From IMG/VR virus record IMGVR_UViG_3300020045_004305, positions 1-41,828 of that record: a DNA stretch of 41,828 nucleotides, one strand, 5' to 3'. This stretch comes from a virus. Its lineage: Duplodnaviria; Caudoviricetes. The notes under the pieces were generated by a model. It had not been told where the DNA came from and ran no database searches. It worked only from the letters and a program-made list of their open reading frames with translations. The position numbers and the translations under genes are program-made. Below, piece after piece: positions 26,995 through 36,106 of the stretch (position 1 is the stretch's first letter; every line of letters starts with the position of its first letter).

Positions 26995-27923
26995 GAATCC
27001 TTGTAACCGGAAGTTCCGGATTTGTAGGCTCTAACTTGGTTAAGCGATTAATAGACCAGGGTCATCACGTTGTAGGAGTGGATATTAATCACCCTAAGTT
27101 TATCGAGCCTACTGAATTTCACTTAGGAGATTTGCGGGAACAATCATTTTGCGAATTGGTGTTTGATGAATCTTTTGATGAAGTCTACCAACTGGCGGCG
27201 GATATGGGCGGGGCCGGATTCATTTTTACCGGGGAGAATGACGCGGACATCATGCACAATTCGGCCCAGATTAATTTAAACATCGCTCACTTTGCCAACC
27301 GCGCTAAAGTTAAAAAATTATTCTTTTCCTCATCGGCCTGCGTCTATCCCGAACATAAAGGGGTGGCGGATTTTAAGGAGTCGGACGCTTACCCAGCCCT
27401 GCCTGATAACGATTATGGCTGGGAGAAATTGTTTAGCGAACGAGTCTATCAGGCTTATGCCAAAAATAAGGGGTTAAATGTTCGAATTGCCCGATTCCAT
27501 AATACGTTTGGACCATACTCAACCTGGGATGGTGGGCGTGAGAAAGCCCCTGCCGCTATTTGCCGCAAGGTTATCCAAGCTAAAAAGGAGATTGAGATTT
27601 GGGGCGATGGCGAACAGACTAGATCGTTTACCTACATAGACGAATGCTTGGACGGTATTGAGAAATTGATGGAGTCAGATTTTAAAGAGCCGATTAACTT
27701 AGGCTCATCGGAACTCATTTCAATCAACGACTTGGCTAAAATGTGTATGGAGTTTAAAGGCAAGAAATTGAAGATAAATCACATAGACGGACCAGTAGGT
27801 CTTAGGGACAGGAACTCGGACAACACCTTAATACAAGAGAAATTGGGCTGGAAGCCGACGCAGCCATTAAAGGTAGGTATGGAAAAATTATATCGTTGGA
27901 TAGAATCAGAATGGCAAAAATAA
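26991..27923 (+). CDS. GDP-mannose 3,5-epimerase-like NAD-dependent epimerase
   Basis: GSSGFVG, LAADMGGAGFI, SSACVYP, YGWEK, GGREKAPAAICRK. Confidence 0.88.
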   Translation: MRILVTGSSGFVGSNLVKRLIDQGHHVVGVDINHPKFIEPTEFHLGDLREQSFCELVFDESFDEVYQLAADMGGAGFIFTGENDADIMHNSAQINLNIAHFANRAKVKKLFFSSSACVYPEHKGVADFKESDAYPALPDNDYGWEKLFSERVYQAYAKNKGLNVRIARFHNTFGPYSTWDGGREKAPAAICRKVIQAKKEIEIWGDGEQTRSFTYIDECLDGIEKLMESDFKEPINLGSSELISINDLAKMCMEFKGKKLKINHIDGPVGLRDRNSDNTLIQEKLGWKPTQPLKVGMEKLYRWIESEWQK

Positions 27924-28585
27924 GTATTTGTGTTCCGACATACCCGATGGAAAATGGCGCATACTTTTTGGAGCGCAACCTGTTATCTATATCCGCACAA
28001 GACTACAAGAACCATGAGATTATCGTTTCCGACAACTCGCCTGATGACACTTTTAAACCTATAGCCGAGAAGTATGGGGCGAGATACTACAAGAACCCCA
28101 AATTGGGCATGGCTAATAACACCAACTTTGCAATATCAAAAGCCGAGGGAGAGCTTATCAAGATTCTTTTTCAAGACGATTATTTTTACCACACCAAAGC
28201 TATTAGGGATATAGTGCTTCACTTCACGCCCAATGCGATGTGGCTAGTCACCAGTTGTACACATTCAATGGACGGGGTAAATACCTTTAACGACCACGAC
28301 CCTTTTTACTCCGAATCAGAGAATACCATCGGTTCGCCCTCGGTGCTTACGATTAGGTGTGATGTTTTGGAAAGGTTCGACCCGAATTTTAAATGGGCCT
28401 TAGACTTAGACCTGTACAAAAGACTTTTTAGAGTATACGACAAGCCAAAGATTTTAGATAAGATAAACGTGGTTATCGGGATAGGATTCCATCAAGAAAC
28501 CAACAAGCTGTCGGAGGCGCAGAAAATAAAAGACCATCAACTGTTAAAAATTAAGTTTGAAACCTATGAAAATTTTATACGCTAA
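27911..28585 (+). CDS. GT2 family glycosyltransferase
   Basis: ISICVPTY, VSDNS, ILFQDD, IGSPSV. Confidence 0.85.
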   Translation: MAKISICVPTYPMENGAYFLERNLLSISAQDYKNHEIIVSDNSPDDTFKPIAEKYGARYYKNPKLGMANNTNFAISKAEGELIKILFQDDYFYHTKAIRDIVLHFTPNAMWLVTSCTHSMDGVNTFNDHDPFYSESENTIGSPSVLTIRCDVLERFDPNFKWALDLDLYKRLFRVYDKPKILDKINVVIGIGFHQETNKLSEAQKIKDHQLLKIKFETYENFIR

Positions 28586-29738
28586 AGCCGTTTACGGTTG
28601 GAGGGAGATTTGGGCAGTAGCCAAGTCTTTGTGGTCAAATACCTTTTTATCAGTCGGTCCCTTATCCGCTGAATTTGAAAATAAGGTCGCTAAGCTGTTC
28701 AATAAAAAGTATGGAGTATTTGTAAACTCCGGTAGCTCGGCGAATCTTTTAGTTACACAGCTTATCCCTAAAGGCGAGGTTATTACACCGGCCCTAACTT
28801 TTGCCACGACCCTAACCCCTTTACTTCAATGCGGTTTAACTCCGGTTTTTGTAGATAGTGAGGTTAATACGTTTCTCCCTACTATTGAGGCTATTGAAGC
28901 GAAAATCGGGCATCAGACCACGGCAGTAATGATTCCTAACCTATTGGGCAATAAAATGGACTCGGCCCGCCTGCGCAAGATTTGCGACGATAAAGGGATT
29001 CTATACATCGAAGATTCTTGCGACACTATTACAGGGTCTAATGGTCACTTTGTAACCACGTCTTTTTACGGCTCGCACATCATAACCGCAATGGGTTCGG
29101 GGGGTATGGTTATGTCTGATGACAAAGAGGCGATTGACCGCATTAGAACTATGAGAGATTGGGGTCGCGGTGTTGACGTGTCGGAGAAGATTGAGGATCG
29201 GTACAAGTACCAGATGGAAGGTACTAATTACAATTACGATGGTAAGTTTGCTTATGTTGAACGTGGGTTTAATATGCGGCCGATTGAGGCACAAGCGGCT
29301 TTTGGATTGGAGCAGTTAAAGCGTTTTCCTGAATTTGAAAGAATAAGAGATTTAAATTTTCAAAAATTAAATAGGTTTTTTGCAGAATTTAGTTTTTTAA
29401 ATATGCCTTTCTCATGGACAGGGACTTTTCAATTAGGAGATTATACTATAAAGATGTTTCCTAATTGGCTAGCTTTCCCCTTAACTCTTAAATCAGACGC
29501 TCCATTTACTCGTTTTGAATTAGTTGATTGGTTTGAAAAACACGGTATTCAGACCAGACCGATATTTTCCGGTAACGTATTAAGACACCCAGCTTTTAAA
29601 GGCTTGGCGAATCCTGATGATTTCCCGAATGCTGATTATGTCATGAAAAACGGGTTATTGCTTGGAATACATCAAGGAATGGATGAGAATCAATTAGAAT
29701 ACATCAAGCAGACCTTTAATAATTTTCTTAAACGATGA
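28566..29738 (+). CDS. DegT/DnrJ-fold PLP enzyme, His-type (ColD/RfbH-like NDP-4-keto-6-deoxyhexose 3-dehydratase)
   Basis: VNSGSSANLL, IEDSCD, TSFYGSHII (His where aminotransferases have Lys), TRPIFSGN. Confidence 0.82.
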   Translation: MKILYAKAVYGWREIWAVAKSLWSNTFLSVGPLSAEFENKVAKLFNKKYGVFVNSGSSANLLVTQLIPKGEVITPALTFATTLTPLLQCGLTPVFVDSEVNTFLPTIEAIEAKIGHQTTAVMIPNLLGNKMDSARLRKICDDKGILYIEDSCDTITGSNGHFVTTSFYGSHIITAMGSGGMVMSDDKEAIDRIRTMRDWGRGVDVSEKIEDRYKYQMEGTNYNYDGKFAYVERGFNMRPIEAQAAFGLEQLKRFPEFERIRDLNFQKLNRFFAEFSFLNMPFSWTGTFQLGDYTIKMFPNWLAFPLTLKSDAPFTRFELVDWFEKHGIQTRPIFSGNVLRHPAFKGLANPDDFPNADYVMKNGLLLGIHQGMDENQLEYIKQTFNNFLKR

Positions 29739-30346
29739 CAACTCTCTTAACCGGTGGCAGCGGAAAACTTGGGACAGAGCTTCAGAAGTTGCGGGATTAC
29801 TTTGCGCCCCCTCATGGAGTGTTTGACATTACTAAGCCCTACGGCTGGCCGGAGGTTGATCGGATCGTACACAGCGCGGGGTTTACCGATGTTGAGGGGG
29901 CGGAGTTGAACCGGAAGGACTGCTTTAAGGTCAATGTCGAGGGGACTTTAAATCTATTAAACCATTACGCCAATACGCCGTTCGTCTTTATATCTTCGGA
30001 GTACGCGCACAATCCAGTAAACTTTTATTCCCTAACCAAGAGTTTGGCTGAACAGCTGGTCACCTATCATGCCGCACCCTATTTGATTATTCGATGTCTG
30101 TTTAAGGAACGCCCTTGGAAGTATCCATTTGCCTTTAAGGATAAGTTTACGCTGGGAGATTACGTCGACGTCATTGCCAAAAAGATTGATGAGGAGATAG
30201 TAAATTGGGACGGCAAAAGTAAAATGGTCTATGTCGGGACGGGGCGGAAAAGCTATTATGAGCTGGCGCGAGAAACCAAGATTGACGTCGTCGCTAACAG
30301 CATTAAGGACGTTAAGGGTGTTAAAATCCCGTCGGATTATAAATGA
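29735..30346 (+). CDS. RmlD-like NDP-4-keto-sugar reductase (SDR)
   Basis: TGGSGKLG, HSAGFTDV..AE, ISSEY, YSLTK. Confidence 0.85.
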   Translation: MTTLLTGGSGKLGTELQKLRDYFAPPHGVFDITKPYGWPEVDRIVHSAGFTDVEGAELNRKDCFKVNVEGTLNLLNHYANTPFVFISSEYAHNPVNFYSLTKSLAEQLVTYHAAPYLIIRCLFKERPWKYPFAFKDKFTLGDYVDVIAKKIDEEIVNWDGKSKMVYVGTGRKSYYELARETKIDVVANSIKDVKGVKIPSDYK

Positions 30347-30927
30347 TTAAATTACCAGAAGTTACATTGGTCTGCATGAGGGGGTTGAATTACAAAACCT
30401 CGGAGCATCAAGTGGCTTTAAGGTATTCGATGTTGGGTATTGATTTTGGGGCGGTGCTAGATATTCAGTTAGACAAGATTAAAGACGTGGCGACATGGAA
30501 CGAGGCTATCATTTATGACTTACCAAAATATATCCAAACGAGCCATTGCCTGCTTATTCACCATGACGGTTATGTTGTTAATCCTGATTTATGGAATAAT
30601 GAATGGCTGGGACTTGATTTTATAGGTGCGCCGTGGCCGTTACCGCAAGATGAGTACAGCTATCGGACACCCAGCGGGAAATTGGTCAGGGTCGGCAACT
30701 CGGTCAGTTTGAGGTCAAAGGTATTAATGGATTTAGTGGCATCGTTACCAATGGAGTATCACTTTGGTAACAACAACGAGGATGGCCAGATATGCGTGTG
30801 GTCCAGGGATTGGCTAGAGGAGCAGGGGTGTAAATTCGCCCCGCTGGAAGTCGCCAAGTATTTTAGTAAAGAGCATGAGATAGAGGAGAATAAGAATATT
30901 AAAACGTTCGCATTTCACCAAGTATGA
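30343..30927 (+). CDS. GT-A-like protein (DUF5672-type)
   Basis: LLIHHDG, DFIGAPW, VGN..SLRSK, NED. Confidence 0.75.
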   Translation: MIKLPEVTLVCMRGLNYKTSEHQVALRYSMLGIDFGAVLDIQLDKIKDVATWNEAIIYDLPKYIQTSHCLLIHHDGYVVNPDLWNNEWLGLDFIGAPWPLPQDEYSYRTPSGKLVRVGNSVSLRSKVLMDLVASLPMEYHFGNNNEDGQICVWSRDWLEEQGCKFAPLEVAKYFSKEHEIEENKNIKTFAFHQV

Positions 30928-31115
30928 AAGAACTAAGAATTATAAATAAAACTTATAGTAATACAGGGATATATTGTGATTACCAAATTTGGGAAGATGG
31001 TAAATTGATTAATGAAGGTTCAAAGAATATTCCTCGTGGCTATGATCGATTAGTAGTTAATTTTGAAGGTAAATTATTAGGAGCAAACCCAGATGATTAC
31101 AGGAATAATCCATAA
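30924..31115 (+). CDS. Hypothetical protein
   Basis: ATGA-coupled ORF. Confidence 0.5.
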   Translation: MKELRIINKTYSNTGIYCDYQIWEDGKLINEGSKNIPRGYDRLVVNFEGKLLGANPDDYRNNP

Positions 31116-31131
31116 AGGACAACTTGACTGA
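31093..31131 (+). pseudogene. Orphaned original 5' end of the GT11-like gene (MITGIIHKGQLD*)
   Basis: Aligns with MVIGLIHAGS at 31668. Confidence 0.65.
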
Positions 31132-31152
31132 TATAGATAGATTTGTTATGCT
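31124..31152 (+). promoter_or_regulatory. Sigma70 promoter of HNH cassette 1 (leaderless)
   Basis: TTGACT-17 nt-TATGCT with extended TG; ATG 6 nt downstream. Confidence 0.75.
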
Positions 31153-31158
31153 TGTTAT

Positions 31159-31674
31159 ATGCCATTTCTCAAAGGACATATCGGATATAATAAGGGATTA
31201 AGATTACGTGGAGAATATCGTAATTGTTTAAGGTGTGGTAAAAAGGTTTGGTTTATTCAATCTCGTATTATAAATGGAGGGGGTAAATATTGTTCGCAGG
31301 ATTGTTCTAATAAATCTACTGCTAAACAGAATGAACAAAGTCATAATTGGAAAAAGAAAGTAGGATATTTCGCAGTTCATAGTTGGCTTTACAGGAATTT
31401 TGGGATTCCTTCTAAATGTGAAAATTGTGGAATAGAGGGAAAGAAAAATTTAAATAATAAATGGACTATTCAATGGGCAAAGCTTAAAGATAAAGCATAT
31501 ATTCGGAAACGAGAAAATTTTAAAGCTTTATGTTCCAAATGTCATATAAATTATGACGGGACTTCTGTCGCTGGGTGGAATAAAGGGCAGAAATGGTCTA
31601 AAGAACATAGAGAAAAAATAAGTTATTGGACTAAGTTAGGAATGGAAAAGAAAGGATATAAAATAAAATGGTGA
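31159..31674 (+). mobile_element. Free-standing HNH-type homing endonuclease gene
   Basis: KGHIGYNKG NUMOD-like motif, Zn ribbon, GY.AVHSW..CENCG..WA..LCSKCH..YD; AT-rich. Confidence 0.75.
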
Positions 31675-32456
31675 TCGGTTTAATTCACGCCGGAAGTGGA
31701 ATTGGCGACCAACTATTTTCTTACATAGCTACTCGTGTTAGAGCTGCTGATTTAGGCGTGGATTTTGGATTTGTAGGCAAGGAGTTTTTTAAGGGTGCTA
31801 GTTTTATGAATTTAGATTGGGGAAAGTCAGAAGATTGGATATACACAGTTGAAGAACCATCGGGAAAAGTAATTATTCCAGATGGAGTTTCTCGTAAAGG
31901 GGATATTTGGCAACAATTACCGAGGCGGTTTGTATTAAATAAACCCTACTACGACCCAAACTTTAACTTTATCCCCGATGACTCAGTAATAGACGGATAC
32001 GGAGCGCAAGACATTCGATACTTTGAACATAGATTAGGTGAGGTTAGGGATTGGCTGAAAGTTGAACCAGCAGATATGCCTGATGATTTATGTGTCGTGA
32101 ACGTGCGAGGGGGGGAATACAAAGGTGTTCGTGAACTTTATTTAACAAAAGAATACTGGCAAGGAGCGATTAGTGAGATGATTTTGAAAGGATATAAGAT
32201 TGAATTTCACACAGACGATATTGAAGCGGTAAAAGATATCGGTTTTCAAGGCTCAATATATAAAGGAATTGAAACTAATTGGCGAGCAATTCGATACGCC
32301 AAACATCTTATTATCTCTAATTCGGCTTTTGCTATCCTACCTGCCTTGTTAAATGAAAATGTTAAAGAGGTAATAGCACCTAAGTTTTGGGCCGGTAGGA
32401 ATGTAGGGGAGTGGCGAAGACCAGGAAATTATTATAAAAAGTTTACGTATATATGA
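31668..32456 (+). CDS. Second GT11-like glycosyltransferase
   Basis: GSGIGDQLF, NVRGGEY, HTDD, LIISNSAFA..PA. Confidence 0.8.
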   Translation: MVIGLIHAGSGIGDQLFSYIATRVRAADLGVDFGFVGKEFFKGASFMNLDWGKSEDWIYTVEEPSGKVIIPDGVSRKGDIWQQLPRRFVLNKPYYDPNFNFIPDDSVIDGYGAQDIRYFEHRLGEVRDWLKVEPADMPDDLCVVNVRGGEYKGVRELYLTKEYWQGAISEMILKGYKIEFHTDDIEAVKDIGFQGSIYKGIETNWRAIRYAKHLIISNSAFAILPALLNENVKEVIAPKFWAGRNVGEWRRPGNYYKKFTYI

Positions 32457-32752
32457 GAGATTTAAGGTACTGGCAAAAACAATTTGTTGAAGCAGTTAAT
32501 ACCAAGTATGCCAAATGGACATTTGACCAAAGGCTTCATTCACTGCATAAACAGGTGTCCGATGTTTTTTATACCCACCAAATAGGGGAAATGGAAAACG
32601 TCACTATTCAGACTCGCATAGCTGATATATTTGTAGATTTGTTTGTTATTTGTGATGAGTTTGACGTCGATTTAGAAAAGGAGTTTGGAATAATACTGGA
32701 ATGGTTTAACGACCCTAAAAAGATAACTGCTTACCAAAAAAAGATAAAATGA
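32453..32752 (+). CDS. MazG-like all-alpha NTP pyrophosphatase (divergent)
   Basis: Helical pattern; IADIFVDL...DVDLEKEF; the EE motif is degenerate. Confidence 0.5.
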   Translation: MRDLRYWQKQFVEAVNTKYAKWTFDQRLHSLHKQVSDVFYTHQIGEMENVTIQTRIADIFVDLFVICDEFDVDLEKEFGIILEWFNDPKKITAYQKKIK

Positions 32753-33462
32753 AATATATAATATCACGGTACAATCACGACACAAGTTGGATTGATAAAT
32801 ATACCAATGATTTTGTTATATACGATAGAAGTGAAATACCTATCGAGGGTGCGATAATCGTACCCAATATCGGGTCAGATATATACGACAAACTAACTTA
32901 CATAATTGATAACTATGACAATCTCCCCGATGTCGCGGTGTATACAAAGTGCAATCTGTTTAAATACATAACAAAGACTGAGTGGGATAAGATTTGCAAC
33001 AATACAACCTTTACCCCTATTATCGGCGGATTCCACAAGGATACTACCATTGACCACGACGCTAAAAATGCCCAAATGATACCGGAGATAGAGAATAACC
33101 TGCCTGACCAAAAGACTAAGGATTTATTTCACAGATTTAACATGACGCATAAGACAGGTATACAGCCGTTCTCTTATTATAAAGACGGATTGTATTATGA
33201 GCTTAATGTCCCGGCTTACTTATCAGCGAGGCCGACTAAAAATTACACGGTCATTGAGGAGCTTATGAAGCTATTGGGTATCTGGGACATGGAATATATA
33301 CCTTTTGCGCCAGGGAGCGGGTATATACTTACTCGCGAAAATATACTGCAAAATTCTAAGGACTTCTATATTAAACTTCGTTCTTACTTAGATTGGGCGG
33401 TGTACCCAGGGGAATGCTTTATCATAGAACGCGGGCTTTACAATATATTTAAACCAAGATAA
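32749..33462 (+). CDS. DUF3431-like putative glycosyltransferase
   Basis: ISRYN.D..W, PNIG, YIIDNYDNLPD, FAPG..Y, IER..YNIF. Confidence 0.72.
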   Translation: MKYIISRYNHDTSWIDKYTNDFVIYDRSEIPIEGAIIVPNIGSDIYDKLTYIIDNYDNLPDVAVYTKCNLFKYITKTEWDKICNNTTFTPIIGGFHKDTTIDHDAKNAQMIPEIENNLPDQKTKDLFHRFNMTHKTGIQPFSYYKDGLYYELNVPAYLSARPTKNYTVIEELMKLLGIWDMEYIPFAPGSGYILTRENILQNSKDFYIKLRSYLDWAVYPGECFIIERGLYNIFKPR

Positions 33463-34023
33463 ATGAAAATCAGCGAAATTCTAGCCAAATACGAGACTGA
33501 CAAGGAGTGGTATCACAGATACGGACGGGCCTATGACCACATCTTTACCAATTTCGATAAAAACGCGCCCCTAAACATTTTAGAGGTGGGAACTCAAAAG
33601 GGCGGAAGCCTATTGGCGTGGAAAGAGTTTTTCCCTAATGCGAACGTAACCGGAGTGGATATTGTAGATGTTGTGCCTGACAAGTACCGACTGGACACCG
33701 TAACGCGGTTGATAGCGGATATAAAAGACGTAAGGTTTGAAGGGAATTTTGACATAGTAATTGACGACGGCAGTCACTACCTAGCGGATGTGGTTTATGT
33801 CATTAGTCAGTATATCGTAAAACTAAACCGAGGCGGTGTAATGATAATCGAGGATGTCAGGAATCCTGAATTACTAAGACAGGTAATTTCTAATTTACTG
33901 CAAGAATTTGGTTTGGGATTTCCTGATTACACCGATAAAACGTCTTTTATCATCAGAGAATGGGACAACACCACAAAAGAGACTCCTGAGAGTTATTTAT
34001 TAGCGATGTTTAAGAACCTTTAG
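33463..34023 (+). CDS. Class I SAM-dependent (sugar O-) methyltransferase
   Basis: TDK...H.Y...Y, LEVG...GGSL..W, GVDI, IVIDDGSH, IIEDV. Confidence 0.85.
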   Translation: MKISEILAKYETDKEWYHRYGRAYDHIFTNFDKNAPLNILEVGTQKGGSLLAWKEFFPNANVTGVDIVDVVPDKYRLDTVTRLIADIKDVRFEGNFDIVIDDGSHYLADVVYVISQYIVKLNRGGVMIIEDVRNPELLRQVISNLLQEFGLGFPDYTDKTSFIIREWDNTTKETPESYLLAMFKNL

Positions 34024-34073
34024 ATAGACAAGTGGCGATTTATGTCGCTACTCGTGTGTTTAAAGGAGGGTTT

Positions 34074-35456
34074 ATGAGAGTGTGTCTTATCATCCCGCCA
34101 TCGGCGTTCTTGCTTGATGACAGGGTGTTCACGAGTTTGGGGATTTTGCGGATTGCCGCAGTCCTATTGCAGCGCGGGTATGAGGTTGATTTGCTTGACC
34201 TGTCCGGTAACAAGGACTTCGTCAAGGAACTCGACAACTACAACCCGCCAGGTGAGGTGGTATTCGGAATCACGGCGACTACGCCGCAACTGCCAAACGC
34301 TGTCACGCTGGCGCACAAGCTCCGTCCACGAGGGAAAGTAATTCTGGGCGGACCGCACGTCAGTTTGGTCAATGCGGCCCACAAGAAGGTCGGAGGTCGC
34401 GCGACCAAGACTCTCGCACAGCTCCATGAGGACTTCGATGTTCTCGTGGCGGGCGACGGTGAGGAAGCGATATTTGAGGCGTTCAAGATTGAAAAAGGCC
34501 TTATTGACGCCGATGACGTCAAAGGGCCGCTGTTTCTGACCAACCAACAGCTCAACGATCTTCCGTTCCCAGCGAGGCATCTGGTTGACCTGCGCTCGTA
34601 CCACTACAAGGTCGCGGACGAACCGGCGACGTCAATCATCGCGCAGCTCGGTTGTCCGTTCGAGTGTGGGTTCTGTGGCGGGCGCAACACGGCGTTTCTC
34701 CGCAAGATTCGTACTCGGACATCAGACAACATCGTGGCCGAACTTCGGTCAATCTACGAAACCTATGGCTACAAGGGCTATATGTTCCACGATGACGAGC
34801 TGAACGTCAACAAGAACGTGGTTGAGCTGATGCACAAGATTGCCCGCCTGCAAGACGATTTGGGGGTGCAGTTCAAGTGCCGGGGCTTCATTAAGGCCGA
34901 GCTTCTGACCGAGCCGATTGCGAGAGCGATGGCTGATGCGAATTTCTGGGGAATCTTGGTCGGCTTCGAGTCCGGCAGTCCGAGGATTCTCAAGAACATC
35001 AAGAAGCACGCCACTCAGGACCAGAACACAAGATGCTGGGAGACGGCGGCCAAGTACGGGTTGAAGGTCAAGGCTTTGATGTCGTTGGGACACCCCGGCG
35101 AATCCTTGGAGACCATCGAAGAGACAAAGGACTGGGTGCGCCGGATGCCCGCCGAGGCTCTCCAAGACATCGACTTCACCATCATCGCTGTCTATCCGGG
35201 TACGGCTTACTATGACGAGGCGGTGGAGACCGAACCTGGATGGTGGACGTACACCGTCAACGGCGACCGCCTGCACAGTCAGGAGATTGACTGTCGGGTG
35301 GTCACGAACTACTACAAGGGCGCGCCGGACGCCTACAACTCGTTCATTCGCACCGACTATCTCAGTTCCCACGACCTGATTCAGCTTCGTTATCAGGCCG
35401 AAAAGGAATTTGGGAAAGTTATTCCATATAGGGAGGATCGAATCATCTGTCCGTAA
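34074..35456 (+). CDS. B12-binding radical SAM enzyme (class B methylase-like)
   Basis: N-terminal cobalamin domain (LGI..IAA, ILGGPH, GDGE), CPFECGFC, GFESGS, YPGT; AAGGAGG SD; GC-rich. Confidence 0.9.
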   Translation: MRVCLIIPPSAFLLDDRVFTSLGILRIAAVLLQRGYEVDLLDLSGNKDFVKELDNYNPPGEVVFGITATTPQLPNAVTLAHKLRPRGKVILGGPHVSLVNAAHKKVGGRATKTLAQLHEDFDVLVAGDGEEAIFEAFKIEKGLIDADDVKGPLFLTNQQLNDLPFPARHLVDLRSYHYKVADEPATSIIAQLGCPFECGFCGGRNTAFLRKIRTRTSDNIVAELRSIYETYGYKGYMFHDDELNVNKNVVELMHKIARLQDDLGVQFKCRGFIKAELLTEPIARAMADANFWGILVGFESGSPRILKNIKKHATQDQNTRCWETAAKYGLKVKALMSLGHPGESLETIEETKDWVRRMPAEALQDIDFTIIAVYPGTAYYDEAVETEPGWWTYTVNGDRLHSQEIDCRVVTNYYKGAPDAYNSFIRTDYLSSHDLIQLRYQAEKEFGKVIPYREDRIICP

Positions 35457-35460
35457 CAAC

Positions 35461-35497
35461 TAGTTTGGGGGGTCTAGCGAAAACTCCCCGCCAACTA
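35461..35497 (+). terminator. Hairpin after the radical SAM gene
   Basis: TAGTT-GGGGG..CTCCCC..AACTA inverted repeat. Confidence 0.4.
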
Positions 35498-35519
35498 TGA
35501 TTTATGACTGCTTTAATAC
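35497..35519 (+). pseudogene. Orphaned original 5' end of the GT17 gene (MIYDCFN...)
   Basis: Aligns with MVFDAFT at 36096; MIYDCF is the typical GT17 N-terminus. Confidence 0.7.
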
Positions 35520-35548
35520 TTTACATATTCATACATTGGGCACATACT
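35520..35548 (+). promoter_or_regulatory. Sigma70 promoter of HNH cassette 2 (leaderless)
   Basis: TTTACA-17 nt-CATACT; ATG 6 nt downstream. Confidence 0.6.
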
Positions 35549-35554
35549 TAATGT

Positions 35555-36106
35555 ATGTTAAACCTCGAACAAAAGAAATTTGGAAGACTAACAGTTATTA
35601 GATTCCACAATCAATCTAAATATAGACAAAGATTTTGGCTTTGTAGATGTGACTGCGGTCAGGAACGAATATTGGGTACTGGGGTTTTAACTACGGGACA
35701 TACTCAGAGTTGTGGGTGTTTAAGAAAAGAACGACAACGGGAAGCTGGTAAAAGAAATACAATTGGTTTTGGTAAGGCTGCTGCTAATTCTGTTTTATAT
35801 GGATATAAAAAAGCCGCTAGAATAAGAAATTTAGAATGGTCATTGACTGATGAAGAATTTTTTAACCTTACCCAAAAAAATTGTTTTTATTGTAATGAGT
35901 TGCCTAGTTTAATAAGTAGGAGAAGTACTAGTTATAATGGTAGCTATACACATAATGGAATTGACCGTAAGGATCGTTTAGTCGGGTATATTAAAGATAA
36001 TGTTGTGCCTTGTTGTAAAAGGTGTAATTACGCAAAGCATAAAATGAATTTAGAAGAATTTAAAATACACATTAAGAATATTTATATTAATTTATATGGT
36101 ATTTGA
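35555..36106 (+). mobile_element. Free-standing HNH homing endonuclease gene
   Basis: KFGRLTV..WLCRCDCG..SCGC; CFYC..NGIDR.D...GY..DNVVPCCKRCNYAK; AT-rich. Confidence 0.85.

Noticed and set aside
34040-35459. Long minus-strand and alternate-frame ORFs (e.g. 34749-35459, 236 aa)
   Set aside because: Shadow ORFs caused by the high GC of the radical SAM gene; no motifs
31093-36106. Group I introns or inteins housing the HNH genes
   Set aside because: No space for a ribozyme core; HNH stops overlap new start codons; no in-frame fusion
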